NCBI RefSeq assembly: GCF_036321535.1
Contig: NC_087436.1
Span: 39,062,001 to 39,126,000, forward strand
Source of the DNA: Camelus dromedarius
Taxonomy: Eukaryota
DNA length: 64,000 nucleotides
Direction: 5' to 3'
Shown here: positions 1 through 13,687 of the stretch, piece by piece
Layout of the letters: each line of letters starts with the position of its first letter
Numbering within the stretch: the stretch's first letter is position 1
Made by a program: the position numbers and the translations under genes
The notes under the pieces: model-generated
Told to the model about the DNA's origin: nothing
Seen by the model: only the letters and a program-made list of their open reading frames with translations
Databases searched by the model: none

Positions 1-109
1 TAGAAAATCTACCAAGTTTATTAAACATGTTTATTATTTTTTGGTAAAACGGAATCTGCATAGTACATGACAGCATGATATAATTGAAAGAAATAAGTTC
101 CTGGGAATC

Positions 110-2140
110 ATGAGATCTAGTCCTGGAATTGCTTCTATTATGTGATGCTAAACAGGTCACATAACTTTTCTGGAATTTGGTTTCCTCATCAGTAACGGGA
201 GAGGTTTGAATTAGGTGATGTCTCTTAGCTTCCAGTCTCACAATGGAATAGTCTCACACTCTATTTTAGGGCCCCTGGGATGTCTGTTATGGAAACAAAT
301 TCACAAGCTGGATTCCAGGTGTATATTCCTACTTCCATTTTTTTATTGCTTACTTTCAATATTTAGTTCAAAATGAGGATCAAATTAAATTCATTTAGTT
401 TCTTCATCTTTTGTTATTCTAAAGGCACACCCAAACATGGGTTAGTGAGAAAATGTTCAAACATTTGTGAACAATCAACTTTCCTAATGTGAAGGCCAAC
501 TCAGCAGACTCCTAAACAGGGCAAGGCAAAGAAAACAGTTCTGGTTTGGACTCCTTTAAGAGGTCCAGAATTAGGATTCTTTGTTAGCTGTATCTTTTTT
601 ATCTCTCTTTCTACCTCAGCAGTATTTTATTGCTTAAGGCAAAAATGGTGCAGAAAGATAATGCAACTGACTCACTGAAACAGAAATCTCAGCATAATGA
701 TTTAAACACTGTGACTTTGTATTAAGCTGATCACCAAGCAGAGTGATCAGGCAACTTGACTCAGTATCAGGCTGCACAAACTGTGAAGGGCAACCTGATG
801 TATTTAGTGCCCAGACTGAGCCTGTTGCTAAAAACAACATAAAATGTTGGTTGGAAAAAAATCTTGATTGTATCCACAAGCTAGAATATTCAGGCCATGA
901 ACTCAATGAAGGTGGGAACACAGAAAAGTAAGCAGAGTACTACTTTTGAGGATATTTCCTGACTTGGATGAACTTGAGGGTTAATTTTTGTATCTTTGCA
1001 GTTTTATGGGGATGCAAGACACTGGGAAGGGAAAGAATGGCACCTTTACTGGTAACCTGGCAGGAAAGGAGAATCTGGGGAAAGAAATGGGGAAATAACT
1101 ACAGGGAACTTTTAGGCAGTCACCTCTAGAGTGTGTGCTGTGAACTCTCTCTTTGTTTCCAAAAAATCCTTTGTCACATTTCTCAGCAATATTTTTCTGT
1201 GAAGTGGATTCATTATTTTGTGGGTGGGAGGTCAAAGAGAAGAACCAGGAAACAGAAGAAATCTGGCTTACATTTACACATGATCTCCTAATTTAAGCTG
1301 CCAAGGATATTTTTCAACCACAGGGGAGAGGGTGGGGAAGATAGAATGGGCTTTGAGTAATACCAGAAAGGTTGTTTTCTCTAAAAACTTCTAGGATAAT
1401 GCTGTCTAACCCAGATGCCAGAGTAGGACACAAACTGGGAAGAGAATCATCCTTCCTTCTTTGGCCTAAAGCTGGGCATGCTCTGTGGAGCAAGTACATA
1501 GGAGATACACCTTGGGCATGTGGCCTTGCTATTGTTAGCCATTTTAAAGAAAAGGCAATAGCAGGACAGAGAGGTTAAGAAACTTGCTCAAGGTCACAAA
1601 GCAAGGAAATGACAGAACTGGAATTTGAACCCAAGCCACCTAACTACAGAATCAAGGTTATTTATCACTATGCTAGATGGTGATTAAGGGTAGGTCCTGG
1701 AAATTACACAACTGGGCTGTTTCCCAGACTCCACCATTATATTCAGTAGGCTGCAAGCTCCATGGAAGTAAACTAATTGGACAAGACAAATAGTATGTCT
1801 GCTCTGCTCATCACTGTACACTCAGGAGCTATTAAATGGTAAGTATTAAGTAAATATTTGTAGAGTGAGTATAATCAGATGTATCACTGAATGAATATAC
1901 AGGATGTCTTGTCTCATCCAGACTGGAATTCTCTACGCTGTATAAGTCAGTAGGATATACAAGCCAGAGCAGAAGTATTTTAAATCGTTGCTTTGCTTTG
2001 AAAGGTGAAAGAGAATGATCTCTAACAGACTCATAGGGATTAAAAGAATATGATACGCCAACTTTATAAATGAACAACCAGACCCAGAGTGGTAACGGAC
2101 TCTGCCAAGGTCACACTATCAGTAAGGGCTAGGATGGTGT
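110..2140. mobile_element. MIR/MIR3 and L2 remnants (about 110-245 +, 1530-1675 -, 1745-1870 +, 2030-2140 -)
   Basis: MIR core motifs cagagaggttaagaaacttgctcaaggtcaca and tttcctcatcagtaa. Confidence 0.6.
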
Positions 2141-2440
2141 TAGAATAGACAAAGCAAGCCTGTGTCCGGGAGGCAGACAGAGAGAGATCAGTTCTGACTA
2201 GCTTCTTAAATCTAGAAAAACAATTATCCTAATTTCAGCATACAGGTAAGTCATGTGTCATTAAAAATATTAAAGTGTTATTTGAATTACATAATGGGAA
2301 CAGTGGTGGTGCTATAGTCTTTTGTGTGCTTAGGGCCTCAAAAGATCTAAATCCTGCCCAAGCCAGAACCAGGAACTGGACTCGTACACCTTCCCTCCTC
2401 CCACCCCCCCCCCCCCAACTGCCAGTCTGTCCATTACTCT

Positions 2441-3135
2441 TGAAACTGAGCAGGATCCTGCAGGGCCCTCCCCCAGGGACAAAAGCCCCTCCCTGCCTCC
2501 TATGTCTTGTTTGTAGAAAAAGATCTTACCTGAGTTCCAAGGTACATATTCAAATAGTTACTAATTAGGGAAGTGAAGGAGTGCAGAAACAGAGGAAAAG
2601 CAAACTAAAAACAGTAGTTCAGTGATAAAGCACCAGCGTCGTCCTTACTGACAGTGTGCCTTTGGAAGAGTCCCTTCCCACTCTGGGTCTGGTTGCTCAT
2701 TTATAAAGTTGTTGTGTTATATTCCTTTAATCTCTAGTTCCTCCTCAAGAGATATCCATAACAATCTGACATGTATCTTTGAGTTGTTCTGCAGGAAGTA
2801 AGACCCCTACCCATGTGGGGATGGTGTCTTTATGCTGAGGACAAGCTTGTAGACCCCAGACTGGTCAGAACCGGGTTAATGACTGAGATTCCTGAAACAC
2901 CACCCTGTTACCTCAATACCAATCAGAAGAAAGTCATACACCCTGCAACCCTCAGCCCAAATTTTACCTTTGAAAACTCTTCCCTGAAAGCCTCTAGGGA
3001 GTTCAGGTGTTTTGAGCATGAGCTGCCCATTCTCCTTGCTTGGCTTTTGCAATAAACTTGGTTCCAAACTCTGATGTTTTGGTTTGTTTGGACTCACTGT
3101 GCATCAGGCACTTGAACTTGGCTTCTTCGACAACA
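2441..3135 (+). mobile_element. Solo LTR, ERV1 class
   Basis: TGAAAC...CAACA termini, 4-bp TSD CTCT (2437-2440 and 3136-3139), AATAAA at 3051-3056. Confidence 0.85.
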
Positions 3136-3823
3136 CTCTTTCTCCCTTTTGTCACGTGGAGCTATTGTGTCAGGGCCAGCCGTGACTCTAGAGGAAACGC
3201 TGAAGGAGGGGTGGGGTAGGGAGAAGGAATGTGGATGATAGGATCTCAGCCCATTATTCCTTTTTCTATGCTCAGGGAGGTCACAAATGACACAAGGAAG
3301 AACTGGACTCATTAGTCATGTTCTTTGTCTTTGTCATATGTCCTTCCTCTCTTTTCCTCTTGCTTATAACTTCCCTCTTCCCCTCACTTCCCAACCACAA
3401 CAAAAATGTTTTACTCTGAAATTTCAGTCAGGTCGCAGGATCGCTAAGAGCCAGATGACACAGAGGAAGCCAGACTGATGCATTTTCTCTTAGTAGCTCA
3501 GAACCATGGTGTTCTGCTAGTCCTGAAATATTTATCATTTTTCTTTTCCTTCCTGGTTTTCTAGCCCACTCTTCTTTTAGCGAGTGTGGGTGGTAGGGAA
3601 GGAGAGAGACAATAGGAGACTCTTGGTGGGAGGCCCCACCCACCTGCTGTGCTCCAGCAGAGTGAAGGGGTGGCGCTGAGCCACTCCCGTTCAGGACTCA
3701 GTCCACCACCACAGGAGGAAGCCTGTGCCACCCGCCACAAACCCTCCCAAATCACTATTGACTTTTCTTCAAACTTTGTTTACAAAAATTCGTGACCACA
3801 GCTCATCATCTAAGTTTTGGAAC

Positions 3824-4006
3824 CAGAGGTGAGTGCAGGTTTTGTGGCGCCTGAAATACATCCAAATTTGGCCCCCCTTTAAGAAAATAAATATCTAAAA
3901 TTAAAAATACAAAATTAGCACAGCACTTTGGAAGGAGCCTCTGTAAATCCAGTCCCTTACACTACATGATATCAGCTTAAACTGTATTAGCTTCAGGGTA
4001 AATCCT
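3824..4006. mobile_element. MER53-like hAT non-autonomous element
   Basis: caggttttgtggcgcctgaa...tttaagaaaa...aatacaaaattag...ttagcttcagggtaaatcc resembles the recalled consensus. Confidence 0.6.
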
Positions 4007-4049
4007 GGGAGGGCTTTTGACTTTTAGACTGAAAGATTTTACTCTGTGA

Positions 4050-7000
4050 CCATAAACGAGTTATGAGGGCAAAGACTATTTTATCTGCCTTTTGCTCTTC
4101 TCCAACATTTAGCCACAGCACCTACTCCTGGTGGAAAATAAGTTTTGGTCCATGAATTGTGTTGTCAGTGAAACAATCTGATAGGCAGGCATCATGCTAG
4201 ACTGATGGGATCACTATAACTAAGCTCTATGGAAACGTTCTGCCCTGGAAGTGGTGGGGACATAAGGGAGGAAAAGGTCAGTTCTATTTGGGGCAGAGGC
4301 AGAGTAATCACAAAAAGCTTCAGAGACAAGTCCATTGGTGAGTTGAGACTCGAAAGATTTGGGTAAAGGTGTGGAGATGGTGTTGAAAGGCATTTAATGC
4401 AGAGATAGAAGTGTGAGCCAAAGCTTGCTGTCTGAAACCATATAAAGAGTTTGTGGAATTGTGAGTAGTTTGGTGTGGGTGGAGTATGAGGTGCTAGAAG
4501 AAGAGGGGATATTAGCAAAAGGTAAGGCTGAAAGGCAGGAAAACATGAAATACCAGAGGGCTTCCCAAGAGTTGGGACTTTAGCCTGTGAACCATGGGGA
4601 GCTGTTGATGGCTTTAAAAGCAGGGGAATAACCCTACATGCATTTTTGTAACATTATCCTGGCACCTGTAGGAGGAACAGATTGGAGATGTGGCAGCAAG
4701 GTACTTAGGACACGATTTCAGTGAAAGTCCATGAGGGCCTGATCCAATGCTGTGACAATGGTGGTGGTGGTAGGGCAGGTGGATAACCAGAGATCTAAGA
4801 GAGGGGAGTTTGTGGGGTCTGGTGATAGATGTGTTGAGTAAGTGTTAGGGTGAGGGGAAAACTAGGGCAGTGATTCCAGTCGTGGCTTAGGTATTTGGGT
4901 GGATGGAAACAGGCACTGAGTGGGACATGCAGGATAAGGAGCAGGCTTTGGGGGAAAAGGAAGTGAAGTCTCTTCTGAATCAATAATGTTTGAGAAATCA
5001 CTCAAGTGGTAAAGTCTGGTGTGATTTAGGGCTGAAGCTGAAGGGATCATTGAGTTAGGCTTAAATATGGATTATCTGTCACCACCATGTAAGTGGTAAC
5101 AATTTAGGTGGTTGTAATTGGGTTACTCAGGGAGAGCCTTCAGAGAAAGAAGGGCAGCGGCAGAGTTGGAGCACTGATATTAAGGACAGGCAAGGGCATT
5201 TACATATTTGTTCCGCTGGAAGTTTTGAAACCTGCTCCCCAGGTCAGATGGTACAAATGCTCCTGTAGCATTCTAAAGTGCTCCATCAGTTCCTTCTCTT
5301 CTCTGGCTAAGAAATATTAAGCTGCCTCCTGGTTAAATCCTACCTATCTTTTCAGATCCAGCTCAAATGTAATTTCCCCCATAGAGGATTGGGTGCCCCT
5401 GCTGTGTGTACTACATTCAGTACATATCACAGTTTATTTTAATTGGTGGTGGGGTTTTTTGTTGGTTTGTTTTTTTGTCTCCTCTACTCAGAAGCTTCAT
5501 GAAGGCAGGGAATTATAGTTCCCATGCTAACTCCAGTGCCTGGCTCGTTATAGATGGTCAGTAAATAGTTTCTAAAGTGGTAACTGTGGGTGTAAGTGGG
5601 TGTCTGTAGGTGATTGTCTCTAGATAAGAGAGCTAAGTAGGGATCCAGTTAATTCCTCTGGGCGAAGTCCTTGCTGAGAAATAATCTCTACTTGGTGCCC
5701 AGTACATAATGTGATTTCTATAATGGCATTCATGATAAGAAAAGTTATTTTACTTCAGCAATAGAATTATCATTTATTAAAATCAGTGTTTAATAAATGC
5801 TGTCATGTAATGTGTGGAGATCTGTGTTTGCTTCCTTTTGGTTTTATTTAGAAATAAGTAGGATTTAACTATTTTCCAGGTACCAGGTCACTAATTCTTT
5901 CAATACAGAGACTAAAAGTTTGACTGTGGAATCAAACTGCCTAGATTTGTATCCTGAATCTGCCACTTACAAATGTGAGGTCTTGGGGAAGTAATTTGAC
6001 CATTCTGTCCCTTAATTTCCTCATCTGTAAAATGTAAGTCACAACAGTAACTTCCATGTAGAGTGATTGTTTAGGGGATTGTATAACTTTATATGTAAAC
6101 GAAGTCTGGCATATGGGAAGCAATACCAATGATTATTAGCTATTCTTACTGTTACCCGTGGTTCATTACTTTAAGAGCATTTTTCCACGGTAAAGCTTAA
6201 AATGTTCATGGTTAATATCAGTTCAATATGTTCAAACATAGAACTTTTTATTTTCTTTCCTGAATTTCTTTCTCACTTTAGTCTTCCCTCATCTCAGTAG
6301 AAATTATGCCATCCATCCAATGATTCAAGCCATAAAATCTAAAAATAAACTGTAATGCCTCCCTTTCTTTGTCTGCCCACGTCTAATACGTTTCCAAGAC
6401 CAGGTGAGTCTATTTCCCAAATATAACTAAAATCTGTCTGTGTTTCTTCCATCTCTGGTGACTCCACTTTAACCATTGTTTGCCTAGACTCCTGCAAGGG
6501 CTTCCCAGCTGGTCTTCCTAATTTTACCCTTGCCCTTCTTCAATTCATTTCTGTCATTTTTAAATGCACAGGTCAGTCAGTTCCACTGGCTAGGAACCAT
6601 TTCATAGCATCCTGTGGTTTTAGGAGAAAATCCAAATTCCTTATTATAACCTACAAAGCACGCAAAGCATTCCTGAGCTGTGATTGCCCCACCTCTCCAA
6701 CCGTTTTCACCAAACGTTTCTCTCTGAACTACTATATAGCTATAGCCACATAAGCCTCTTTCTTCCCTTGATCATAGCAAGCCCTTTCTTGTCTACTAAC
6801 TTGCTGTTCTCTCTGCCTGAAATGCTCTGCCTCTGCTTTTCACCAGGCCAGGCATCTTATCCTTAAGATCTTTGTTAGAATATCAAGTGCTTGAAGAAGG
6901 TTTTTCTGACCCCTCTTTCTAAGAAGGCCTTCCTCAGTTACTCTCTTTCATCCACTACTGGTTACTTCCCTGGCATTTATTGTTTGCTTGTTTTTGTTCT

Positions 7001-7640
7001 TGTTGTTGTTGTTGTTATCTGCATTTCTTGGTAGAAAAGCTCCATGAGGGCAGGAACCTTATTTACCTTTTTCACCACTGTGACCCCCTGTGCTTAGCAA
7101 AGTACCTGGCACAAAGAAATATAAAAAATACTTGTTGGGAGAACTAAAAGACTGAATGGAAGCTCTTTCCATTATGAATGAAGTATTATAGAAACGCAGA
7201 GGAGGGAGCTTAGAGAATGAGATGCTTTAATGAATGATATGAGCTCCTTCTTGAAGGATGAACAGGTTCACAGACTAGGAAAGGAGAAGGCATTTTAGAC
7301 AGAGGGAAGCATAAGCTCAAACACACAAGGAAAGGAACATGAACAGCAGGGCTGTGGAGATGACTTATTCACCAGCTGGAGCAGTGGTGGCAGCTGGAGC
7401 AGGAAGCATAGATTGGTGCTTGAGAAGACAGAGCCAGGCCTTCAGGAAAAGGGAAGAGAAAACCATTTTGAAGAGTTTGAGTTGTTCAATATTAACAAAC
7501 CTGAGTTTTAGAAATATGATTATAATAGAAAATAATGAAACTGGAGATAGATATAATATGATGCTATTGTAATAATCCAAGTAACAAATGATGAGGACCC
7601 ACTCTTGCGTAGTAGCACAAGGAGTAGAGAAAAGTGCTTC
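4050..7640. mobile_element. Cluster of L2 fragments in both orientations (about 4050-4170 +, 4190-5170 -, 5320-5590 +, 6210-7160 +, 7180-7640 -) with a MIR at about 5920-6150
   Basis: L2 3'-end motifs such as aagctccatgagggcagg...cctggcacaaag...aaatacttgttg; MIR core tttcctcatctgtaaaatg. Boundaries approximate. Confidence 0.7.
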
Positions 7641-7849
7641 TGTACTCCACTGGGCATTTCATCATAGCTAGGTCTCAACTTTCTGTGGGCAAAATGAGAG
7701 TTTTGACTAGATAATCACTATGATCCTTTTCAGCATGATCCCATACATGCCTTAGGATTTTTCTTTTGTTGTAAATTTATCTATCTAGTTTCCCAAACAT
7801 GGAGAGGCCATGCCATCTACATCTTTTTGTGATGTATGTATAGATGAGT

Positions 7850-8100
7850 GCACATTGAGTGGGCTGTGAAACAGAAAGGCCCGAATTCAAATCCTTTATC
7901 TACCACTTTCTTCTGATATGACCCCTGTCAGTTATTTATGCATTCTGTGCCTCAGTTTCTTCATCTGTAAATGGGGATGTGAAGTAGTATCAACTGTACA
8001 AAGTTAGGAAGATTAAGAGACAGTGGAGTTAAAGTGTTTAGTATAGGGCTTGGTACTTTACCAGTATCTGTAAAGGGTAACTATCATCATCATCACTCTT
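7850..8100 (+). mobile_element. MIR
   Basis: ctgtgcctcagtttcttcatctgtaaatgggg core. Confidence 0.75.
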
Positions 8101-9719
8101 GCTAACTAGTAGAGTACTTACCACCTAAAAAATACTTCATATATTCCTGATGAGTGATTGGATAAATGCAATGAAAGAGAATAATCATTCAAGTAAATTA
8201 GGCCAAATAAATCTCTATTAATTTTTTCTTGATTATTGAATAACTTTGTTGTTAATTCTATGAAAGTAGATAAGAAACAGCTAAGTCTCCAGTACAAATC
8301 TGCACCTTGCCATGTTTAGGACATTTTATTTGGATGAAATCAGAGCAGATCAGAAGAGTATGTAGCAGAATTGCTCAGGTTTTGTGGCACTTTTCCATTT
8401 TTTCCCCTCTTTTTGAAGATCCATAATAATTAAACTCTTGTGAATGTCTGTTTGTCATAATTTTTCACGTATCATCCTGTTGAAAGATTTTCACATCATT
8501 CTTGAGTTTGAACTGTTTTTGTGGATATAATAGACTGGCAATTTCCAGACTCCAGAGTTGCTTTAGTTAGAATGAGTTACTATTGTAGTCAACTCTGGCT
8601 TTTTCTGCTTTGCTCTTTTAGAAGCACACATTATTATACTTCTTCCATTACCACGTTCTCCTTCTCTCCATTTGGGGAGGATTTTGGAATGGAGATAATG
8701 ATATAGTGCAACATAAAACTATCCCCTCAATTGCCAATGACATCATCTCTGTCTGTAGAACAGGAAGGGAGGAGGGTTGTTAACATGGGCAGTGTCTAGA
8801 ACAACCTAACACTGTCTCAGGTCTATGCACATCAAGTGCCTTAAGAGCTTAAAATGGAATCAGTAGTACAGCAACATTCATGTTTGAAAACTGTGTTGTA
8901 CCAAAGGTAGGATAATACTGCCATCTTAAATCTAGCAGATATTGGGTTAGAAAAGTTCTGTAATCAATTCTTTGAAGGAAGAATACAACTTTGAAAGGAA
9001 AAAGAACCTGGTGCTCATTTTGGCTTTTTAAATCCCTCCTATATTTGATTATATGGTCTCTAGGCCCCCTTCTCATTTTAATAGTCTATGAGTTTTGAAA
9101 ATTTACCAAAGACATTCCTACTTTAGTTCTTAATCTATTAAAATAATTTTGGTATCAAAGTATTTTTAAGCATATTTAATTTTAAATGCTTTGAAATCAA
9201 GATTATTTAGCAAAGGATAAAATCTTAGATTATGCTGCAGGAAAAGAAGCTTATCATTTCAGTTTTCTGAGGCAGCATTACATTATGTGCCAAATGCAAA
9301 TTTAAAAGAAGATTTATTCCTGTCAACTGGAAAATAAATGTTCCAAAATTGTAACCACATCTGTAACATATATGATGGCTTGGAGGAAGTTGGGTCATCC
9401 TAATGCTCGCTCAGCCATCACTGTCTTCCCAGAAATTAGAGAAGTGGGGCTGCTGGTGGTCACTCTTTCAGCAAAATTCCCTGTTGTCTGTTCTGTTGAA
9501 AGAGTTTTAAAGAGGAGGCCAGCTAGCAGCTGGTATGTGTTTGGGATGGGAATGTGAGATGAGGAGGAGTATGATGTAGGAGGAGGAGGCACGGTGGCAG
9601 AGAAAGGTGTGGGCAGTAATAGCGGAGGGAGGGGACACCTGGGGGGATTCTAGTGTTGACTGATTTATTACAAAGTGTTCAAGAAGGCACACCATGCCTC
9701 CTTTCTACAGGAAACATTT

Positions 9720-10640
9720 GACAGCTCTTTATGTCCTTCTTTCCTCAGGCCCTCCTCTCTCAAATACATCTTCCTCACTGCTGCCAAAATGAACTTCCTA
9801 CCAAGAAAGCTAGATCAGGCCAATTCCTTGTTTTAAATCCTTTAAATGGCTCTCCATTGTTGACTAACAGCAGGAATAGGCAAACCATGGCCAATGGCCC
9901 AAATTTGGCCTGATGCCTATATTTGTACAAATAGTAAAGGTTACAAATAGTTTTTCCACTTTTAAGTGGCTGGAAAAAATTTTTTAATAATACTTGATGA
10001 CTTGTGAAAATTATATGAAATTCCAATTACAATCTCCATAAATAAAATTTTATTAAGCTACATTCATTCACTTTTATATTAGCTGTGGCTACTTTTGTGG
10101 AGTTGAGTCGAAGCCCTATGATTCTTTAAACCTAAAGTATTTACTGTCTGGCGTTTTACAAAAAAAGAAGTTTACCCTTTTCTGTAGGATAAAATCCACT
10201 GCTTTTTGATTCTCACTTTATTATCCAGTAAGAACACAAAACTGCCTGGAGTTTATCAGCACTGTGCTGTGCCCTCTGTCTGGAATGGGCTTCCTCTCAG
10301 CTGTACTCAACCTCTACCAGTTACTCCCACTCAGTCTTTAAGACTCAACTCTGCCATGAATTCTTCCAAAAAGGCTTCTGTGAGAAGAGGACCCTTCCAC
10401 CCCACACACAGCAATCCTCCCATCCTTGGGGTTGGATTTTTTTTTTCCTGCTGTTCTCATAATCTCTGTTTACAATCCTATCGGCATTCTTGTCTCCTTA
10501 CATTATACCCTCTCTCAGCACTATCAGCTCCCTGGGGACGGAGACCACATTTTTTTCACTATTATTATCCCTAGCATGAAGCATTGTATATGGCCTTGAG
10601 TAGGTAAATGATAAAGCATTGCTGACTGATAAGTGAATGC
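9720..10640 (+). mobile_element. L2 fragment flanking the MER58-like insertion
   Basis: tgctgtgccctctgtctggaatg and cagctccctggggacggagaccac motifs plus a typical 3' end. Confidence 0.65.
9871..10184. mobile_element. MER58-like hAT-Charlie element nested in an L2
   Basis: caggaataggcaaac start, internal gtgaaaattatatgaaattc and aaagtatttactgtctggc motifs; L2 sequence on both sides. Confidence 0.75.
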
Positions 10641-11881
10641 ATCCATCTCCCCATGACAGTAGTTCCAAGAGCTGCCAACAAAAGGACTTTATGTGACCTC
10701 GTCTAAAATGATGCATTCTAGAGGAATTACTAAATGTCCACCAATTGTGACATTCCATTCTTCCTCATCAGGCCATAGGCTATGGTGGGCCCATTTGTAT
10801 TAGCTTTCCACTTAGGGGAAAGGATTCGAATTTGCTGTCCCTTTAAATCCAATTCTAGGTACACTTATTGTACCAAGGAAAAAAAGCATAACAGAAATAT
10901 CATTCAATGTTTTTAAACCTGCTCAGGCTAATAAAATTTCATGTTTCCCTTTGTCAAAGAAATTTAAAATCAGGATGAGCATTACTTGCTGATCTGATAA
11001 TTCTGCTATCTTCATTAAAATAACAATTTTCTTAGGTTAAAATCAAATCTTGCCATTGATAATTGGGGAAAATGCAAAGTTGGGCAGTTTAATGCCTGAA
11101 GGAAGATTTCTTACAGTGAATGCAATGCACATTTTATGGAAATATTTATGCCAAAAATATCAATGTCTTCATCGTAGTAAAATCATTTTTATACTTATGG
11201 CTAAAATTCACCCCCTCCCTTTCTTTTCTGTCTTGGTATGGCCCTCTTTTAATGTGCTTTGTTTTAAGAATAACTTTATAGCAGGGTACTGGTGAAATAA
11301 AAACGTGTTACGTGTTATTTTGCAACTAACTTCCTTGGGTAAAATATCTATAGAATTTTTTCATACCTCTGATTTTTTCCTACGTGATAGCACTTTGAAC
11401 ATATGGACCTTGAATAGTTAATTCTTCTTTCTTTCTCAATATCTTCTTTTTTATGCAAATGAGAAATCTAGTTACTTTCCTTATTCAGACATATTGTAGA
11501 AGAACCAGTTGAATCTTGATTAGAAACACTGTAAGATTTTCGAACACCGCCACTGGAGAACACTACAGGACATGAAACCTCTGCCCTCTTTTTAGTTGTT
11601 TTCTTTATCAAATTCATGCTAGACATGGGTCTTGGTTTAATTGAACATTGAACTCTGGCTGTTTTGTCACAAAATCAGAGTTCTTTTTCCTCTTCTCAGC
11701 CATCTAGTAAGTATCAACTTCAACAGATTAAAGGAATTTTGTATTGGTAATAATCAGAGCTGTAGTTACTGTAGATAGAAGTCAGAGAAGATATCATTGG
11801 GATTTAAGGACAAAATTTGACATAACTGGCATAAAGTTCCAAATAAAACCAAGTTTGGGAAAATAGGTAAACTCCCTCTCC

Positions 11882-11918
11882 TGTATGTATGTATGTATGT
11901 ATGTATGTATGTATGTAT
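11882..11918 (+). repeat. (TGTA)n microsatellite
   Basis: About 9 perfect units. Confidence 0.95.
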
Positions 11919-13087
11919 CTCTAACATAGTATTCTTCTCTGTCCTATGTCCTGATCTGGCAGAAGGCTGTGGTAGGAATGAGATGCAGAAGAACAGGAAA
12001 AACTGCCTTTTGAAATGAGGCTAGTCCTGACAGGTCAGGGACCAGCCCTGGGGTGCTGCACAGCTGCTGTGGACTCCTGTCATGGATTTCTATGCTGCTT
12101 AAAAAATGGTTGCTTCATCCAAGTGCTAGTACGGGCAGTACAGTGTGTCTTCCCTAATTTAAGGACCCACTTTACTTAGCACATGCACTATACCTAGCAG
12201 AATACATCTATAACTCAGTTGTCTAAATGGATCATTTTTTCCCTAGAAAAAGTGATGCTGACAAAAGGCTTAGCAGGATCCTATCTCTCCCTCTGAATGT
12301 TCGTAGTAATGTAGACAGGGTTCTTCAAGGTCAGTTTGGGCTTAAGTAAGATTGTGCCTTTGTATACCCTGTTATAATTTACTTGGTAATTTAGGGCAAA
12401 CCTCACATTTATTCAAATCATAATGGTGGGGCAGTCCTGCTCTGTAAAGCCTTTTCAGAGCCTCAAGTAAGAAATATAAATCTCAAAATTCTGACAAGGA
12501 GATAAAACTTTTTCTTCTTTCAGCAAGGTAGGAATAGAGGACAGTTTATGAAGAAGGGCAACAGAAAAGTCAAGGAGAAAGAAGCTACAGTATAGCAAAT
12601 ATTTGCTACAACGTTAGAGAGGAAAAAAATACCAGAACAAGATAAATTGGTGGCATTTCCTCTTTAAGTGCCCTTCATAAAGTTACTTGATTTTTATAGG
12701 GGAAATTGTCGAACTCTTTCTAGAAATATAAACTGTCACAGTTTATAAGGCTGTAAATGAAATGTCCCTTTGTGAAAAATACTGCTCCATTAACTTTGAG
12801 AAGTCACAGGTCTTATTTTCCAAAACCACTGAGGAAAAGAACTTTACACTAAATACTTCTGGTATTATGCAAACTTGGGAATCATTGACTAGTCCCTAAG
12901 CATCTTTGTTGCTGTCTTCCTGGTTACTAGCCAGGAAATTGGATTCTCCTTGCCTCAGGCCACCTGCTGGCTCCACGTGGAGATAACACTACCAACCTCT
13001 TGGCATGTTTTGAAATTTATGTTTACTGAATGCTAGGAGTTCCTAAGAGAAAAGGGGCTTTTTCTATGGCATTAGCATTTTCAGACA

Positions 13088-13561
13088 TGTGAACAAAAAA
13101 AGAGCAAAGAATGTCCCTCATCATCCAGTTATACAAAGGGTTAAGTCAAAATCCACTGCAGTCAGCCCACTGACAGGAGAGTGCACTCAGAGTGGGGAAT
13201 ACAGGATGGAGAAAATGGGATGAGGCATTCTGTGCTTTGGATAAACAAACCCCCAGGTTAGTTAAGATACATATCTCAGGAAGAGTTTCAGTGACCCCTG
13301 CTTCTTGCAGAAAAGCACTGAAATCATTAATGTGAGCTATCTGTTCTATGTGATTAGCAGTAATATTTCACCAAGATGCATGCTTGACTACCCATATTTT
13401 CTAGCCAAAAATTTCATATATTTACTGGCTCCTCCCTTGCCTCTTCAAAGCAGTTTCTCAGAGCTACTGAGAGGCTGCCTCCCGGGTTCTAGTCCTTAAT
13501 AACACCCCGAATAAAACTGAAACTCACAACTCTATGTTGTGTGTTTTTCTTTAAGTTGACA
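13088..13561 (+). mobile_element. Solo LTR, ERV1 class (MER34/LTR39-like ends)
   Basis: TGTGAAC...GTTGACA inverted termini, 4-bp TSD GACA (13084-13087 and 13562-13565), AATAAA at 13510-13515. Confidence 0.85.
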
Positions 13562-13681
13562 GACAATACAGTGCTACTATCTCTTGTCATTTTAATCTTT
13601 AAAACGGTCCTCATTTTTGAAGAATGTTTCAAGTGCTGGCCCTTTAAAAATATTTTTTATCAGAAGGCCAAAAACAGCCAT

Positions 13682-13687
13682 TTTATT
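13682..13687 (-). terminator. Candidate poly(A) signal AATAAA, long isoform (second candidate at 13832-13837)
   Basis: Minus strand reads T-run...atgAATAAAatggctgtttttgg. An LTR sits about 120 bp beyond it. Confidence 0.55.

Noticed and set aside
3862..9908. CArG matches CCAAATTTGG at about 3862 and 9899
   Set aside because: Both lie inside DNA-transposon remnants and are within chance expectation.
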